A DNA stretch of 32,416 bases from assembly GCA_039679545.1 (NCBI GenBank), contig JBDKUT010000072.1, positions 1 to 32,416 of the forward strand, read 5' to 3'. Every line of letters begins with the position of its first letter. The stretch's first letter is position 1. This document shows, one piece after another, positions 17,501 to 26,382 of the stretch. Source of the stretch: Thermotogota bacterium. GTDB lineage: Bacteria; Bipolaricaulota; Bipolaricaulia; UBA7950; UBA9294. Under the pieces are notes generated by a model. It was not told the origin of the DNA, did no database searches, and was given only the letters and a program-made list of their open reading frames with translations. Position numbers and translations under genes: made by a program.

Positions 17501-18077
17501 CTTCGAGTATTCCCCTTCGGCGCCGACGCCGGGCATCGCCGTTGCGTTCGACGGATCCGCGTCGGTCGACTTCGACGGGCGGATTGTGGGCTACTCGTGG
17601 GACTTCGACGGAGATGAAGAGCGCGACGCGTCGGGTCCCTCCGCCTTGCACGTGTTCCCGGACGCCGGCGTGTACCCTGTGAGCCTGACCGTCACGGACG
17701 ACGGCGGGAACCGCGACACGGCTACCTACATCATCGAGATCGCGAGCCTGCAAGCCATTCCACTGGGCCCAACGACGGAGGCGCCGCCGCCCACGACCGT
17801 GCCGACCTCCGCGCAGCCGCCGATCGCCGACGTGCAGTACATGCCTCTGTCTCCAAAGCCTGGCGAGACGGTCATGTTCAGCGGAGAGCCGTCGGTCGAC
17901 CTCGACGGGACGATCGTCAGCTATGCCTGGGACTTCGACGGGAACGGCACGACGGACGCCACGGATCCCATCGTCGTCTTCGCCTTCCCGGCGGCGGGTA
18001 CGTTCAAGGTCCGACTCACCGTCACGGACGACGGCGGCAACACCGACTCGCTCGTGATCGAGATCGACGTGCAATAG
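14532..18077 (+). CDS. Large exported protein: 2x NEW3-like Ig domains, beta-strand-rich core, 2x SdrD-B-like domains, 3x PKD domains
   Basis: The ATG at 14532 gives the signal peptide MDTRRRRGWALAAAVAVAVGVAFEALA. Further evidence is ITNTGG..ETY...LPDGW and VNRGN repeats, G.LFIDRNGNG and GYIYEDANQDG motifs, and three PP.AD...WDFDGDG...V.LTVTDD.G repeats. The start is inferred, and no strong SD is seen. Confidence 0.85.
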   Translation: MDTRRRRGWALAAAVAVAVGVAFEALAGVDLTLLSADKEARSGEFVTHVFSITNTGGTSETYSLSTGLPDGWTALGVPSSITLGAGDEETLFLTITIPSGARAGAYVVEMTAESMSDPTATASTSANVAIGVSNKIEIVSPPEGEGIAPGQEKVYEFVLVNRGNAQEVVAVSAESSRGFPVEVSPTSIELAPQERRTFAVRISVPLTTSAGRDVLTVTVTSTLYADVTAEAVMFTSVRPPTPSAVGGSLIELLAGRLRIGVDRSETDNTWNSRLSFSTSGRVLGGYLSASFNVASPFGSEPLDVTSYQVLYRLDPTSFALGDVSRMLTDFVDVTCEGAYAAFDTAFVDLDLVGGIDEDEARFGGYVALGPEAANFGIAYSDARSPTTQESIWSATAFAEPLPNWTLRMEGAVGTDNGLLGHAFFVNTTIDTTAYFLTASAFSADTYFPGLRSDSAGVEIAQRLRLKALSLGISLAHVKDNVVGDPAVDTTIEDSLGFNLFARPIAGGPELRTTLEFERDHGVDPAVQDDVSLLVAYSMSQSGGTFPYAFDGQVVDRVDRVTGSHVRTLTHAQGVGLSVDAFYAFLRLRQETYVDVVTGATLSATSNVSVVLRPEGTLHEASITFRNELDDYDVEASLFLRAFRDVDLALSSTMAWDRDGVTPPSFGWGISVRVNFGVLVPFLVTKGRIEGRLFIDRNGNGTYDAGDPPVEGAVLAVDGRQASTDVDGAFRFPPLAPGTYDVVVTELPADAAARAPIPVTLQTGQLVNLAVPVSPAVILRGYIYEDANQDGTRQDTEGGLSGIRLVLTGSDGVPFTASSDPRGEFAFYDLVPGAYVLFVDSRSLPARFAFTTAETLHVDVTAFGAPPATIGGYIRPREVLVTYQPPTADFGYVPAVPPVGAAVTFDASGSFDFDGSIVDYDWDFDGDGTADASGISVVYAFDTPGRKSVTLTVTDDAGNVDKKTVSIEVQEPPEAVAPVAITGSYKPPIADFEYSPSAPTPGIAVAFDGSASVDFDGRIVGYSWDFDGDEERDASGPSALHVFPDAGVYPVSLTVTDDGGNRDTATYIIEIASLQAIPLGPTTEAPPPTTVPTSAQPPIADVQYMPLSPKPGETVMFSGEPSVDLDGTIVSYAWDFDGNGTTDATDPIVVFAFPAAGTFKVRLTVTDDGGNTDSLVIEIDVQ
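17181..18074 (+). repeat. Three tandem PKD-domain coding repeats
   Basis: Units begin near 17181, 17487 and 17817. Each contains TGGGACTTCGACGG and ACCGT(G/C)ACGGACGACG at the DNA level. Confidence 0.85.
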
Positions 18078-18115
18078 GTCCGAAGTTCCGGGCGAGACAG
18101 GCAGCGTCGATCGGA

Positions 18116-19321
18116 CTAGACAAGCTCGACGAACGCCCGCTTCCCGACCTGCACGAGGACCGGAGGATGGAACGGGACGTCGGCGTCGGGGGACTCGATC
18201 CGCTCCTCATTGACGCGGACCCCGCCCTGTTCGATGACGCGCTTCGCCTCACCGCGACTCTTCACGAGCCCGGAGGCATCGAGCAGGTCGATCACCCAGA
18301 TCGTTCCGTCGGCCTTCAGCTTCGATCGATCGAGAGTCTTCTGAGGCACCTCGGCCGGCCGCTCGTGGTGCACGTGGATCCGGTCGAACTCGGCCTCGGC
18401 CTCGGCCGCCGCCGCGGCGCTGTGGAACTTCGTGACGAGGGTCCTCGCAAGTCGCCGCTTCGCGTCGCGCGGGGCATCGTGAATCTCCGTCTTCACCGAT
18501 TCGATGTCCACGTCGGTCAGAACGTCGAAGTACGGTCCGATGAGCACGTCGGGGATCGACAGGAGCTTCCCGTACATCTCCTTGGGTGACTCGCCGATCC
18601 CGACGTAGTTGCCCGTCGACTGGCTCATGGCGCGCTCGCCGTCGAGGCCCACGAGGAGCGGAACGGTCAGCGCGACCTGCGGCTCCTGGCCGTACTCGCG
18701 TTGGATGTCCCTCCCGACGAGGAGGTTGAACAGCTGGTCCGCTCCCCCAAGCTCAACGTCCGCGCGGATGGCGACGGAGTCGTAGGCCTGCGCCAGCGGG
18801 TAGAGGAACTCGAGCACGCTGATCGAGCGGCCCTCCGCGTAGCGCTTCGCGAAGTCGTCGCGCTCGAGCATGCGCGCGACGGTGTACTTCGCCGTGAGCT
18901 GAATGACGTCGGCGAACGTCATCGCCCCGAGCCAGGTTGAGTTGTAGACGACCTCCGTCCGGGCCGGGTCGAGGATCTTGAACGCTTGGTCCTTGTACGT
19001 CGCCATGTTCCGCTCGATCTCGGCCTCCGACATCAGGGCCCGCGTCGACGCTCTCCCCGACGGATCCCCAATCCGGCGGGTGAAGTCGCCGACGACGAGA
19101 ACCCCGGTGTGCCCGAGGTCCTGGAACTGCCGCATCTTTCGCAGCGGCACGGAGTGCCCGAAGGTCAGGTGCGGTGCCGAGGGGTCGATGCCGAGCTTGA
19201 TCCGCAACGGCTTGCCCGTCTCTTTCGACCGGCGAAGCTTGGCGACGAGGTCCTCACGCGGGACGAGATCCTGGACTCCCCGTCCCAACTTCTCTTCCAC
19301 GAGCCGTTCGATCGCGTCCAT
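18116..19321 (-). CDS. tyrS: Tyrosine--tRNA ligase (bacterial type 2, C-terminal S4 domain) with atypical signature motifs
   Basis: LRIKLGIDP, GDFT.RIGDPSGR, EFLYPLAQAYDSV, DVELGGADQLFN and the S4 domain (SRGEAKRVIEQGGV...VGKR). HIGH reads TFGH and KMSKS reads AMSQS. Confidence 0.95.
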   Translation of the reverse strand: MDAIERLVEEKLGRGVQDLVPREDLVAKLRRSKETGKPLRIKLGIDPSAPHLTFGHSVPLRKMRQFQDLGHTGVLVVGDFTRRIGDPSGRASTRALMSEAEIERNMATYKDQAFKILDPARTEVVYNSTWLGAMTFADVIQLTAKYTVARMLERDDFAKRYAEGRSISVLEFLYPLAQAYDSVAIRADVELGGADQLFNLLVGRDIQREYGQEPQVALTVPLLVGLDGERAMSQSTGNYVGIGESPKEMYGKLLSIPDVLIGPYFDVLTDVDIESVKTEIHDAPRDAKRRLARTLVTKFHSAAAAAEAEAEFDRIHVHHERPAEVPQKTLDRSKLKADGTIWVIDLLDASGLVKSRGEAKRVIEQGGVRVNEERIESPDADVPFHPPVLVQVGKRAFVELV

Positions 19322-19333
19322 GATCCTTGTCCC

Positions 19334-21784
19334 TCACGTTCGGACGACGGAGACGATCCGGTCGTCCTCCTCCAGTTGAATGAGCCGAACGCCACGAGCG
19401 TAGCGTCGATACACGTTGATGTCCCCGGCGACGATCCGGATGACCTTCTGTTCCGTCGTAATGATGATCTCGTCCTGGTCGGAGACGATGACAACAGCGA
19501 CAAGCTCCCCGCACTCCGGATCGAGCTTGATCCCCTGCACGCCCTTGCCGCCCCGTCCCTGGACGGGGAAGTCATCGAGAGCGACGCGCTTTCCGTAGCC
19601 GCGAGTCGTCACCATGAGGAGCTTCTTGTCCATCGTGATCTCGCGCCCGAGGCACGCCATGCCGATGACATGGTCCTCTTCCTCGAGGCGGATCCCGATG
19701 ACTCCTCGGGACGGCCGCTTCGTCAGCCGCACCTCCTCCTCGCGGAACCGGATCGTCTGACCGCTTCGCGACGCGAGAATGACGTCGCCTCCCCCGTCGC
19801 CGACCGCGACGTCGACCAGGCGATCGTCGTCGTCGGCGTTCAGGGCGATGATCCCGTTGGCATTGACGTTCGAGTAGTCGTCGAGCCGGTTCTTGTTGAC
19901 GATCCCGTTCGCGGTCGCCATCAAGCACAGCTCATCCCCCACGTCTTCGAAGCTTCGCACCGGGAGAATGGACCGAACGAGTTCGTCCTGCTCGAGCGGA
20001 ACAAAGCTCCGTACGTTCTTCCCGGCCGCGTCGCGTCCGAGCGACGGCAACTTGTAGCCCTGAGTGCGGTACACCCGACGACGGTCGCTGAAGAAGAGGA
20101 GCTCGTCCCGGGCGTTGGCGAGACAGGTCACGGCCACGTAGTCGTCGTCCTTTGTCCGCTGGCCGATGACCCCCTTGCCGCCCCGTCCTTGGCTGCGGAA
20201 CTCCTGCGCTCGCGGCGCGTTCACGTAGCCACGCCGGGTCACGGTGACCATCAGGTCGTAGTCAGGGATCAACTCGTTGAAATCGACGGACCCGTCCTCA
20301 TTGGCGAGCGTCGTGCGACGCGAGTCGGGATACGCCTCTGCGATCTCCCGAAGTTCGCGCTTGATCGTCTCATCGAGCGTGACCTCACTCGCGAGGATCC
20401 CCTCGTACTCGGCGATCGCCCGCTTCTTCTCCTCGTACTCCGTATCGATCTTCTCGCCTTCCAGAATTCGCAACTGGGACAAGCGCATCTTGAGGATCGC
20501 GTCGATCTGCTCGTCGGTCAGCGCCAGCTCCTGCTGCAAGAGACGGGTTTCCGTCTCCGCGTCGCGCGCCGTGCGGATGATCTCGATGACGCGATCGATG
20601 TTCGCGAGCGCGATCCGGTATCCTTCGAGGATGTGCGCCCGTTCACGCGCGACCGCAAGGCGGTGCTCCGTCCGCCGCCGCACGACCTCACGGCGGAAGT
20701 CGATGAACGAATTCAGGATCTCCTTCAGGGACAGGGTCCGCGGATTCCCGTCAATGATCACGAGGAAGATCGCCGAGAACGTCCGCTCGAGCGGCGTGAA
20801 CTTGTACAGCTGGTTCAGAACGACATTCGGGTTCGCCGACTTCTTCAGTTCGACGACAATGCGTAACCCGTCGCGATCCGATTCGTCGCGCAGGTCGGAT
20901 ACCCCGTCGATCTCGCCGTTCTGCACCTTGGCAGCGATCGTCTCCACGAGCGTCGACTTCCTCACCTGGAACGGGATCTCGGTGATGACGATCTGGTTGT
21001 CCTCGATCGCAGCCTTGCCGCGAACCGTCATCTTCCCCAGCCCCGTGCGGTACATCTCCTCGATGCCGCTTCGCCCCATGATCACACCGCCGGTCGGGAA
21101 GTCCGGCCCCGGGATGTGCGTCATGAGATCCTTGACCGAGAGGAACGGGTCGTCCATCAGCGCGACAACCCCGTCGATGAGCTCTCCGAGGTGGTGCGGC
21201 GGGATCTGCGTCGTCATCCCGACCGAAATGCCCCACGACCCGTTCATCAAGAGGCTGGGAACGCGCGCCGGCAGGACCTGGGGCTCGTCGAGCGACTCGT
21301 CGAAGTTCGGACTCCAATCGACCGTCTTCTCGCCGAGTTCCTGGAGAAACTCCATCGCGACGGGCGACAATCTCGCCTCGGTATAGCGCGTCGCGGCTGC
21401 AGGATCGCCGTCGATCGAACCGAAGTTGCCTTGCCCGTCGACGAGCGGGTAGCGGTAGGAGAACTGCTGGGCCATGTTGACCATGGTGTCGTAGATCGCG
21501 AGCTCGCCGTGCGGATGGAATTTCCCCATCACCTCGCCGACCACGCGCGCCGACTTCCTGTGCGGTTTCCCGGGAACGACGCCCAGCTCCCGCATCCCGT
21601 AGAGGATCCGCCGCTGGACTGGCTTCAGACCGTCACGAATGTCCGGAATCGCGCGGCCGCGGATGACGCTCATCGCGTAGTTGATGTACGACTGCTGCAT
21701 CTCCTCTTCAATGAACACGCGCTCGAGCCGATCCGTGTTGCCTCCACTCTCTTCCCGAGGTTCTTCTTCGGGCGCGCCCTTCAT
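19334..21784 (-). CDS. gyrA: DNA gyrase subunit A
   Basis: [36 protein letters not shown], catalytic RYTEARL and GPDFPTGG. The C-terminal beta-pinwheel has a GyrA-box QGRGGKG at 20171-20191, which favours GyrA over ParC. Confidence 0.94.
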   Translation of the reverse strand: MKGAPEEEPREESGGNTDRLERVFIEEEMQQSYINYAMSVIRGRAIPDIRDGLKPVQRRILYGMRELGVVPGKPHRKSARVVGEVMGKFHPHGELAIYDTMVNMAQQFSYRYPLVDGQGNFGSIDGDPAAATRYTEARLSPVAMEFLQELGEKTVDWSPNFDESLDEPQVLPARVPSLLMNGSWGISVGMTTQIPPHHLGELIDGVVALMDDPFLSVKDLMTHIPGPDFPTGGVIMGRSGIEEMYRTGLGKMTVRGKAAIEDNQIVITEIPFQVRKSTLVETIAAKVQNGEIDGVSDLRDESDRDGLRIVVELKKSANPNVVLNQLYKFTPLERTFSAIFLVIIDGNPRTLSLKEILNSFIDFRREVVRRRTEHRLAVARERAHILEGYRIALANIDRVIEIIRTARDAETETRLLQQELALTDEQIDAILKMRLSQLRILEGEKIDTEYEEKKRAIAEYEGILASEVTLDETIKRELREIAEAYPDSRRTTLANEDGSVDFNELIPDYDLMVTVTRRGYVNAPRAQEFRSQGRGGKGVIGQRTKDDDYVAVTCLANARDELLFFSDRRRVYRTQGYKLPSLGRDAAGKNVRSFVPLEQDELVRSILPVRSFEDVGDELCLMATANGIVNKNRLDDYSNVNANGIIALNADDDDRLVDVAVGDGGGDVILASRSGQTIRFREEEVRLTKRPSRGVIGIRLEEEDHVIGMACLGREITMDKKLLMVTTRGYGKRVALDDFPVQGRGGKGVQGIKLDPECGELVAVVIVSDQDEIIITTEQKVIRIVAGDINVYRRYARGVRLIQLEEDDRIVSVVRT

Positions 21785-21813
21785 GGCCGATCCCCTCCCT
21801 CCAACACCAAACA

Positions 21814-21845
21814 GAGACCCTGGAGAGAAATCCCCCCAGGGTCCC
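21814..21845 (-). terminator. Putative intrinsic terminator or stabilising hairpin after the ABC operon
   Basis: Minus strand GGGACCCTGGGGGG-ATTT-CTCTCCAGGGTCTC forms a stem with G-U pairs, followed by TGTTTGGTGTT, about 30 nt downstream of the ATPase stop. Confidence 0.6.
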
Positions 21846-21874
21846 TGAGCTTCTTCTCCCCCTCGCCGCCGGCT

Positions 21875-22936
21875 CTACGCCGTCCGTCTCAAGCCGAGGG
21901 ACGCTTCCGACGTCCGTGCGGCGTTGCCAAGCCGTTCAATCTCGCCATGCCGTCGGCAGGCCACCAGGTGGCCGCCGCCGATATCGTCCAGCGTGGGCTC
22001 CTCCTCCTGCCAGCAATCCGGAACGCTGTACAAGCACCTCGGGTGGAAGCGGCAACCGGTCGGGATGTTCGTCGCCGCGGGAATTTCTCCCTTGATCGGC
22101 ACATCCTTGATCTGGTTGACCTTGCCGGAAATGGGCTCGCACACTGCCCCAATCAAGGCTTTCGTGTAGGGATGCAAAGCCTTGTCAATGATTGTGCCGG
22201 CCTTCCCCATCTCGATAATCTTCCCAAGGTACATGACAGCGAGGCGATCTGTAAAGTACCGCGCCGTCGAGAGGTCGTGGGTGATGTAGATGTACGTCAG
22301 GCCCATCTCCCGCTGGAGCTGCTTCATCATCGCCAGGATTTCGGCCCGCGTCGACAGGTCGATCATCGACACCGGCTCGTCCGCGACGATGAGGCTCGGG
22401 TTCAGCATCAGCGTTCTCGCCGTTGCGGCACGCTGACGCTGTCCGCCGCTCAGCATGTGCGGATAGCGCACGAGGAACTCCTCCGGCGGGGAGAGTTTCA
22501 CCTCGTCGAGAATCTCCCGTACCCACACGTCGCGCTCGGCCCTGTCCTTTCCAACTTTGTGAATCTCGAGCGGCTCCATCAGCACATTCTCGATCGTGAA
22601 GCGAGGGTTCATCGACGCGTACGGATCCTGAAAGATCATCTGCACGTGTCGACGGTGCTGTGCGAGAGCCGGCCCCGCAATGTGGGTGACGTCCTCGCCC
22701 TGGAGCTTCAGCGTCCCGTCCGTGATGTCGAGGAGCTTCATGATAAGCTTCCCCGTCGTCGTTTTCCCGCAGCCGGACTCCCCCACGAGGCCGAAGATCT
22801 CGCCCTTCTCCACGGAGAACGAGACTCCATCCACAGCGCGAACCCACGTCCGTTCATGCCGCAGGACCTGGCCGAGGTTCCGCTTGACCGGGAACCACTT
22901 CGTCAGATTCTCCGCCACGAGAATCGGCTCACTCAT
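21875..22936 (-). CDS. Oligopeptide/dipeptide-family ABC transporter ATP-binding protein (OppF/DppF-like)
   Basis: Walker A GESGCGKTT, signature LSGGQRQR, Walker B IVADEP and a C-terminal HPYT...GCRFHPRC domain. The start was moved to the ATG at 22936 (MSEPILVAENL), which follows a GGAGGT SD. Confidence 0.95.
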   Translation of the reverse strand: MSEPILVAENLTKWFPVKRNLGQVLRHERTWVRAVDGVSFSVEKGEIFGLVGESGCGKTTTGKLIMKLLDITDGTLKLQGEDVTHIAGPALAQHRRHVQMIFQDPYASMNPRFTIENVLMEPLEIHKVGKDRAERDVWVREILDEVKLSPPEEFLVRYPHMLSGGQRQRAATARTLMLNPSLIVADEPVSMIDLSTRAEILAMMKQLQREMGLTYIYITHDLSTARYFTDRLAVMYLGKIIEMGKAGTIIDKALHPYTKALIGAVCEPISGKVNQIKDVPIKGEIPAATNIPTGCRFHPRCLYSVPDCWQEEEPTLDDIGGGHLVACRRHGEIERLGNAARTSEASLGLRRTA

Positions 22937-23906
22937 CGAAGCACCTCCAGCATGCCACCATGTGATCGGGCTCGATTTCCCGCAGCGGGACATCATCGTG
23001 CGCACATCGCTCCATGACCACAGAGCAGCGCGGGTGGAATCGACAACCTGGCGGAGGATCGATGAGGTCGGGAGGCGTGCCGGGAATGAACGCGAGCGCT
23101 TCCACCTCCTCGTGGAGGCGTGGCGTGGCCGCCAGGAGCCTCTGGGTGTAGGGGTGCGCCGGGCCCTGCGGCCCATAGATCTGCTCGTTGGTCCCCAACT
23201 CGACGATCCGTCCCGCGTACATCACGAGGATCCGATCCGAGACCTCCGCCTCGATCGACAGGTCGTGCGTGATGAAGATGAACGACACTCCGACCTGCTC
23301 CTTCAGGTCCTTCAAGAGGTTGATGATCTGCGCTTGAACGACTACATCGAGCGCCGTCGTCGGCTCGTCGCAGATGATGACCTTCGGCTCGAGGAAGAGG
23401 GCGGTCGCGATGACGACCCGCTGCTTCATTCCTCCCGAGAGCTCGTGCGGGTACCGGCGCAGCACGTCGTCGGAGAGACCGACCAAGTTGAGGTAGTTCT
23501 TCATCCTCTCCCTGGCCTCCTGTCTCTCCATCTGTCGGTGCTGCTGCAGCGTCTCCCGCATCTGCTTCTCGATCGTGTAGACGGGCGTGAGGCAGTTCAT
23601 CGCGCCCTGGAACACCATCGAGATGCTCTCCCACCTCACCCTGCGCCGGATCTCGTTCTCGGAAAGCTTCAGGATGTCCTGCCCGTCCATCAGGATCCTG
23701 CCACCGACGATCCGTCCCGGTGGCGTTGGCATATTCAGCAACGCCGTCCCCATCGTCGTCTTCCCGCATCCCGACTCGCCGACGACCCCCAGAGTCTCGC
23801 CGCGCCGCACGTCGAACGTGATCGCGTCCACCGCCTTGACCACGCCCTTGTGCGTGAAGTAGTGCAGCTCAAGATCTGAGATCTCCAGTATTCGCTCTTT
23901 CTCCAT
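22929..23906 (-). CDS. Oligopeptide/dipeptide-family ABC transporter ATP-binding protein (OppD/DppD-like)
   Basis: GESGCGKTT, YPHELSGGMKQR, DEPTTALDV and HPYT...GCRFHPRC. Confidence 0.96.
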   Translation of the reverse strand: MEKERILEISDLELHYFTHKGVVKAVDAITFDVRRGETLGVVGESGCGKTTMGTALLNMPTPPGRIVGGRILMDGQDILKLSENEIRRRVRWESISMVFQGAMNCLTPVYTIEKQMRETLQQHRQMERQEARERMKNYLNLVGLSDDVLRRYPHELSGGMKQRVVIATALFLEPKVIICDEPTTALDVVVQAQIINLLKDLKEQVGVSFIFITHDLSIEAEVSDRILVMYAGRIVELGTNEQIYGPQGPAHPYTQRLLAATPRLHEEVEALAFIPGTPPDLIDPPPGCRFHPRCSVVMERCAHDDVPLREIEPDHMVACWRCFDE

Positions 23907-23909
23907 TGC

Positions 23910-25310
23910 CTACCTCGTCTTGAGCCTGGGGTTGAGGATCGTGTCCATCGCGAAACCGATGAATGCGAACGTCATGCCCAGGGCCGCCATAGCCAGTCCC
24001 GGAGGAATCACCCACCACCAGATTCCCTGCAAGACCGCCCCGCTGCTGAAGGCGTCGAAGAGAATCTGTCCCCACGTGACGACCGTGGCATCTCCGAGTC
24101 CGATCAGACTGATGCTCGCCTCGAACACGATGGCACCGGGAACGGCAAGCGCCATCGAGGCGAACGAGTACGGAATGAGCTGCGGCACCATGTGCCGGAA
24201 CAGGATCCGCCAATGGCTCGCACCAAGGCCGTGAGCCGCCTCGATGTAGCTCGTCTCCTTGATTTGCAGCGCAATCGACCGCACCGTCTTCACGGGGCCG
24301 ACCCAGAAGAAGATGCACATCATGATGATCATGATCCAGATGCTCGGCTTGAACACCGCGCTCATGACGATGAGGATCGGCAGGAGCGGAATGCTCACGA
24401 AGATCTCAAAGATGCGGTTCATGAGCGAATCGACCCATCCGCCGAAGTACCCCGCGGCGACGCCGTACAAGACGCCCACCGCGACGGAGATGAATGACGT
24501 GAGAAGGCCGATGATCAGCGCCCACTTCGTCCCGGCAATGAGACCGCTCCACAGGTCGCGCTTGCTGCCATCCGTACCGAGAAGGCCTTGGACGCCTCCT
24601 GCGATGACAAGCTCGGCGCTGTCGATCTTGGCTGTGGGGCTCGCCAGAGCCGCCTGTAGTCTCAGAGTGTAGGTGCCGTTAAGCACTTCGGGGGTACTCA
24701 GGATTCCCGGTTGCGCTTTCCCGAACAAGGCCGCGATAGAATCGATCTGCCGCGGGTTACGGGACGCAGCAATCGCTGGATCTTCGGCGGAGCTCGCCAT
24801 CGCGAACACTCGGTCCATCATGTTCTGAGCGACCGAGATTCGCAAGATCTGCGATCCCTCACTCGTCGTTGACTTGTTGTAGGTCACGGTCCTGCCGTCC
24901 GGACGAACGATCTCCATCGCGAGCGAGACGCGGCCGGTGACGCCGACCTTGAACATGAAGTCGCTCGGCGGCCGTCCCGCCTTGAACTCGTACGGGAACT
25001 CCATCGTCTGCATGCGAAGCGAGCCCGACGTCGAGTCAACCACGCTCGATGCAGGAATGATCTTCGAGACGGCGTAGTCCCGTCCCGTGAACCAATTGAC
25101 CCAGACCGGAAGAGCATACCGGGGATTGTCGAGCCAGTAGGTCATGTCGCGCCATCGGTTCGCCGCGTCCGCCTTGCTCAGCAAGACGGGCTGGAAAAGG
25201 ACGATCAGCACGAAGAGAGCCAGCATGACCAGTCCAAGCACGCCGAAGCGAACCTGGCGGAACTCGGCCCACAACGCCCTGGCTTGCGAAACACTTCGTT
25301 TGGTCTTCAT
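23910..25310 (-). CDS. ABC transporter permease (OppC/DppC-like) with a large extracytoplasmic insertion
   Basis: LLGTDGSKRDLW, the EAA loop YIEAAHGLGAS and TWGQIL. A long hydrophilic loop follows TM1. Confidence 0.93.
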   Translation of the reverse strand: MKTKRSVSQARALWAEFRQVRFGVLGLVMLALFVLIVLFQPVLLSKADAANRWRDMTYWLDNPRYALPVWVNWFTGRDYAVSKIIPASSVVDSTSGSLRMQTMEFPYEFKAGRPPSDFMFKVGVTGRVSLAMEIVRPDGRTVTYNKSTTSEGSQILRISVAQNMMDRVFAMASSAEDPAIAASRNPRQIDSIAALFGKAQPGILSTPEVLNGTYTLRLQAALASPTAKIDSAELVIAGGVQGLLGTDGSKRDLWSGLIAGTKWALIIGLLTSFISVAVGVLYGVAAGYFGGWVDSLMNRIFEIFVSIPLLPILIVMSAVFKPSIWIMIIMMCIFFWVGPVKTVRSIALQIKETSYIEAAHGLGASHWRILFRHMVPQLIPYSFASMALAVPGAIVFEASISLIGLGDATVVTWGQILFDAFSSGAVLQGIWWWVIPPGLAMAALGMTFAFIGFAMDTILNPRLKTR

Positions 25311-26362
25311 GCTTTTCCGCCCACCTTCACCCGCGGGTCAAGGAAGCCATAAACCAAGTCCAAGACGGCAAGAGCCAGGATGTAGATGCCCGTCGTGATC
25401 GTCAGATCCCCCATCAACACCGGGATGTCGTTCTGTTGCACGGCCTGCCAGTAGAGGTTGCCCATCCCCGGCCAGCTGAAGATCCCCTCGAAGATCAGGG
25501 CCCCGCTGATACTGCCGACCATGGCCAAGAGCGACATGGTGACGATCGGAGGTGCTGCTGTTCGCAGCGTGTGCCCGAACAACACCCGCCGCTCGGAGAT
25601 CCCGCGCGCTCGCGCCGACATGATGAAATCCTCTTGCAGCGTTCCGAGCACGATGTTCCGGGTGATGTAGGCACGGCCCCAGAAACCCAGAATGACCAGC
25701 GTGAAAACGGGAAGGACCATGTGCCATAGAAGGTCCAGGAAGAAGCCGATCCCTTGCGGCGGCGGCGCCGCGTGGATTCCTCCCGACGGGAAGATGGGCA
25801 AGGTGAACGCAAAGAACATGATCAGAAGCATCCCCAGCCACCAGGCCGGCATGCCGAAGACGATCATCGTTCCAATCGATGTCGCCTTGTCCATGAACCC
25901 GCCGGCCTTGCGCGCCTTGCGCAATCCGAGCCATACCCCGAGTACAACGTCGATGGCCGCGGCCACCGAGAAGAGCATGATCGTGCGCGGCAGACGCTCG
26001 CCTACGATCGTCAGGACGTCCTTCTCTCCTGCACTTGACTTGATAATCGTCGCTTCGCCAAGGCGAAAACTGACTGAGTCGACGGTCCTCCAGAAGACCC
26101 GGCTCAGGGTCGGCTCGTCCAGATGGTACATGCTCGTCAGTTCCGCCGTTCGCTGGACCCTTACGCGCGCCAAGACCTCGGAGCGGTTCTGCCCTATGAG
26201 CGTCTTCCCGAGCGACGTCACCTCCGCGCTCACTTGTTCGCGGATCTGCGACCGCAGGACCCTCTCCGCGACCGCGTTGAACAGCGCGGAGAAAATGGCC
26301 ACGGTAATCACGAACATGACGATCGCATAGAAGACACGTCGGGCGGCGTACTTCCAGTACAT
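25307..26362 (-). CDS. ABC transporter permease (OppB/DppB-like)
   Basis: ERLPRT, the EAA-like loop EDFIMSARARG, EGIFSWPGMG and YGFLDPRV. An SD (GAGGAG) lies upstream. Confidence 0.94.
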   Translation of the reverse strand: MYWKYAARRVFYAIVMFVITVAIFSALFNAVAERVLRSQIREQVSAEVTSLGKTLIGQNRSEVLARVRVQRTAELTSMYHLDEPTLSRVFWRTVDSVSFRLGEATIIKSSAGEKDVLTIVGERLPRTIMLFSVAAAIDVVLGVWLGLRKARKAGGFMDKATSIGTMIVFGMPAWWLGMLLIMFFAFTLPIFPSGGIHAAPPPQGIGFFLDLLWHMVLPVFTLVILGFWGRAYITRNIVLGTLQEDFIMSARARGISERRVLFGHTLRTAAPPIVTMSLLAMVGSISGALIFEGIFSWPGMGNLYWQAVQQNDIPVLMGDLTITTGIYILALAVLDLVYGFLDPRVKVGGKA

Positions 26363-26382
26363 GGTTTCTCCTCCCCGTCCCG

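Noticed and set aside
19334..21784. ParC instead of GyrA
   Set aside because: A canonical GyrA-box in the first blade and a full-length pinwheel favour GyrA.
18986..23017. Long plus-strand ORFs (626, 369 and 633 aa) opposite tyrS, gyrA and the ATPase gene
   Set aside because: They are antisense to well-supported genes and show no domain signatures.
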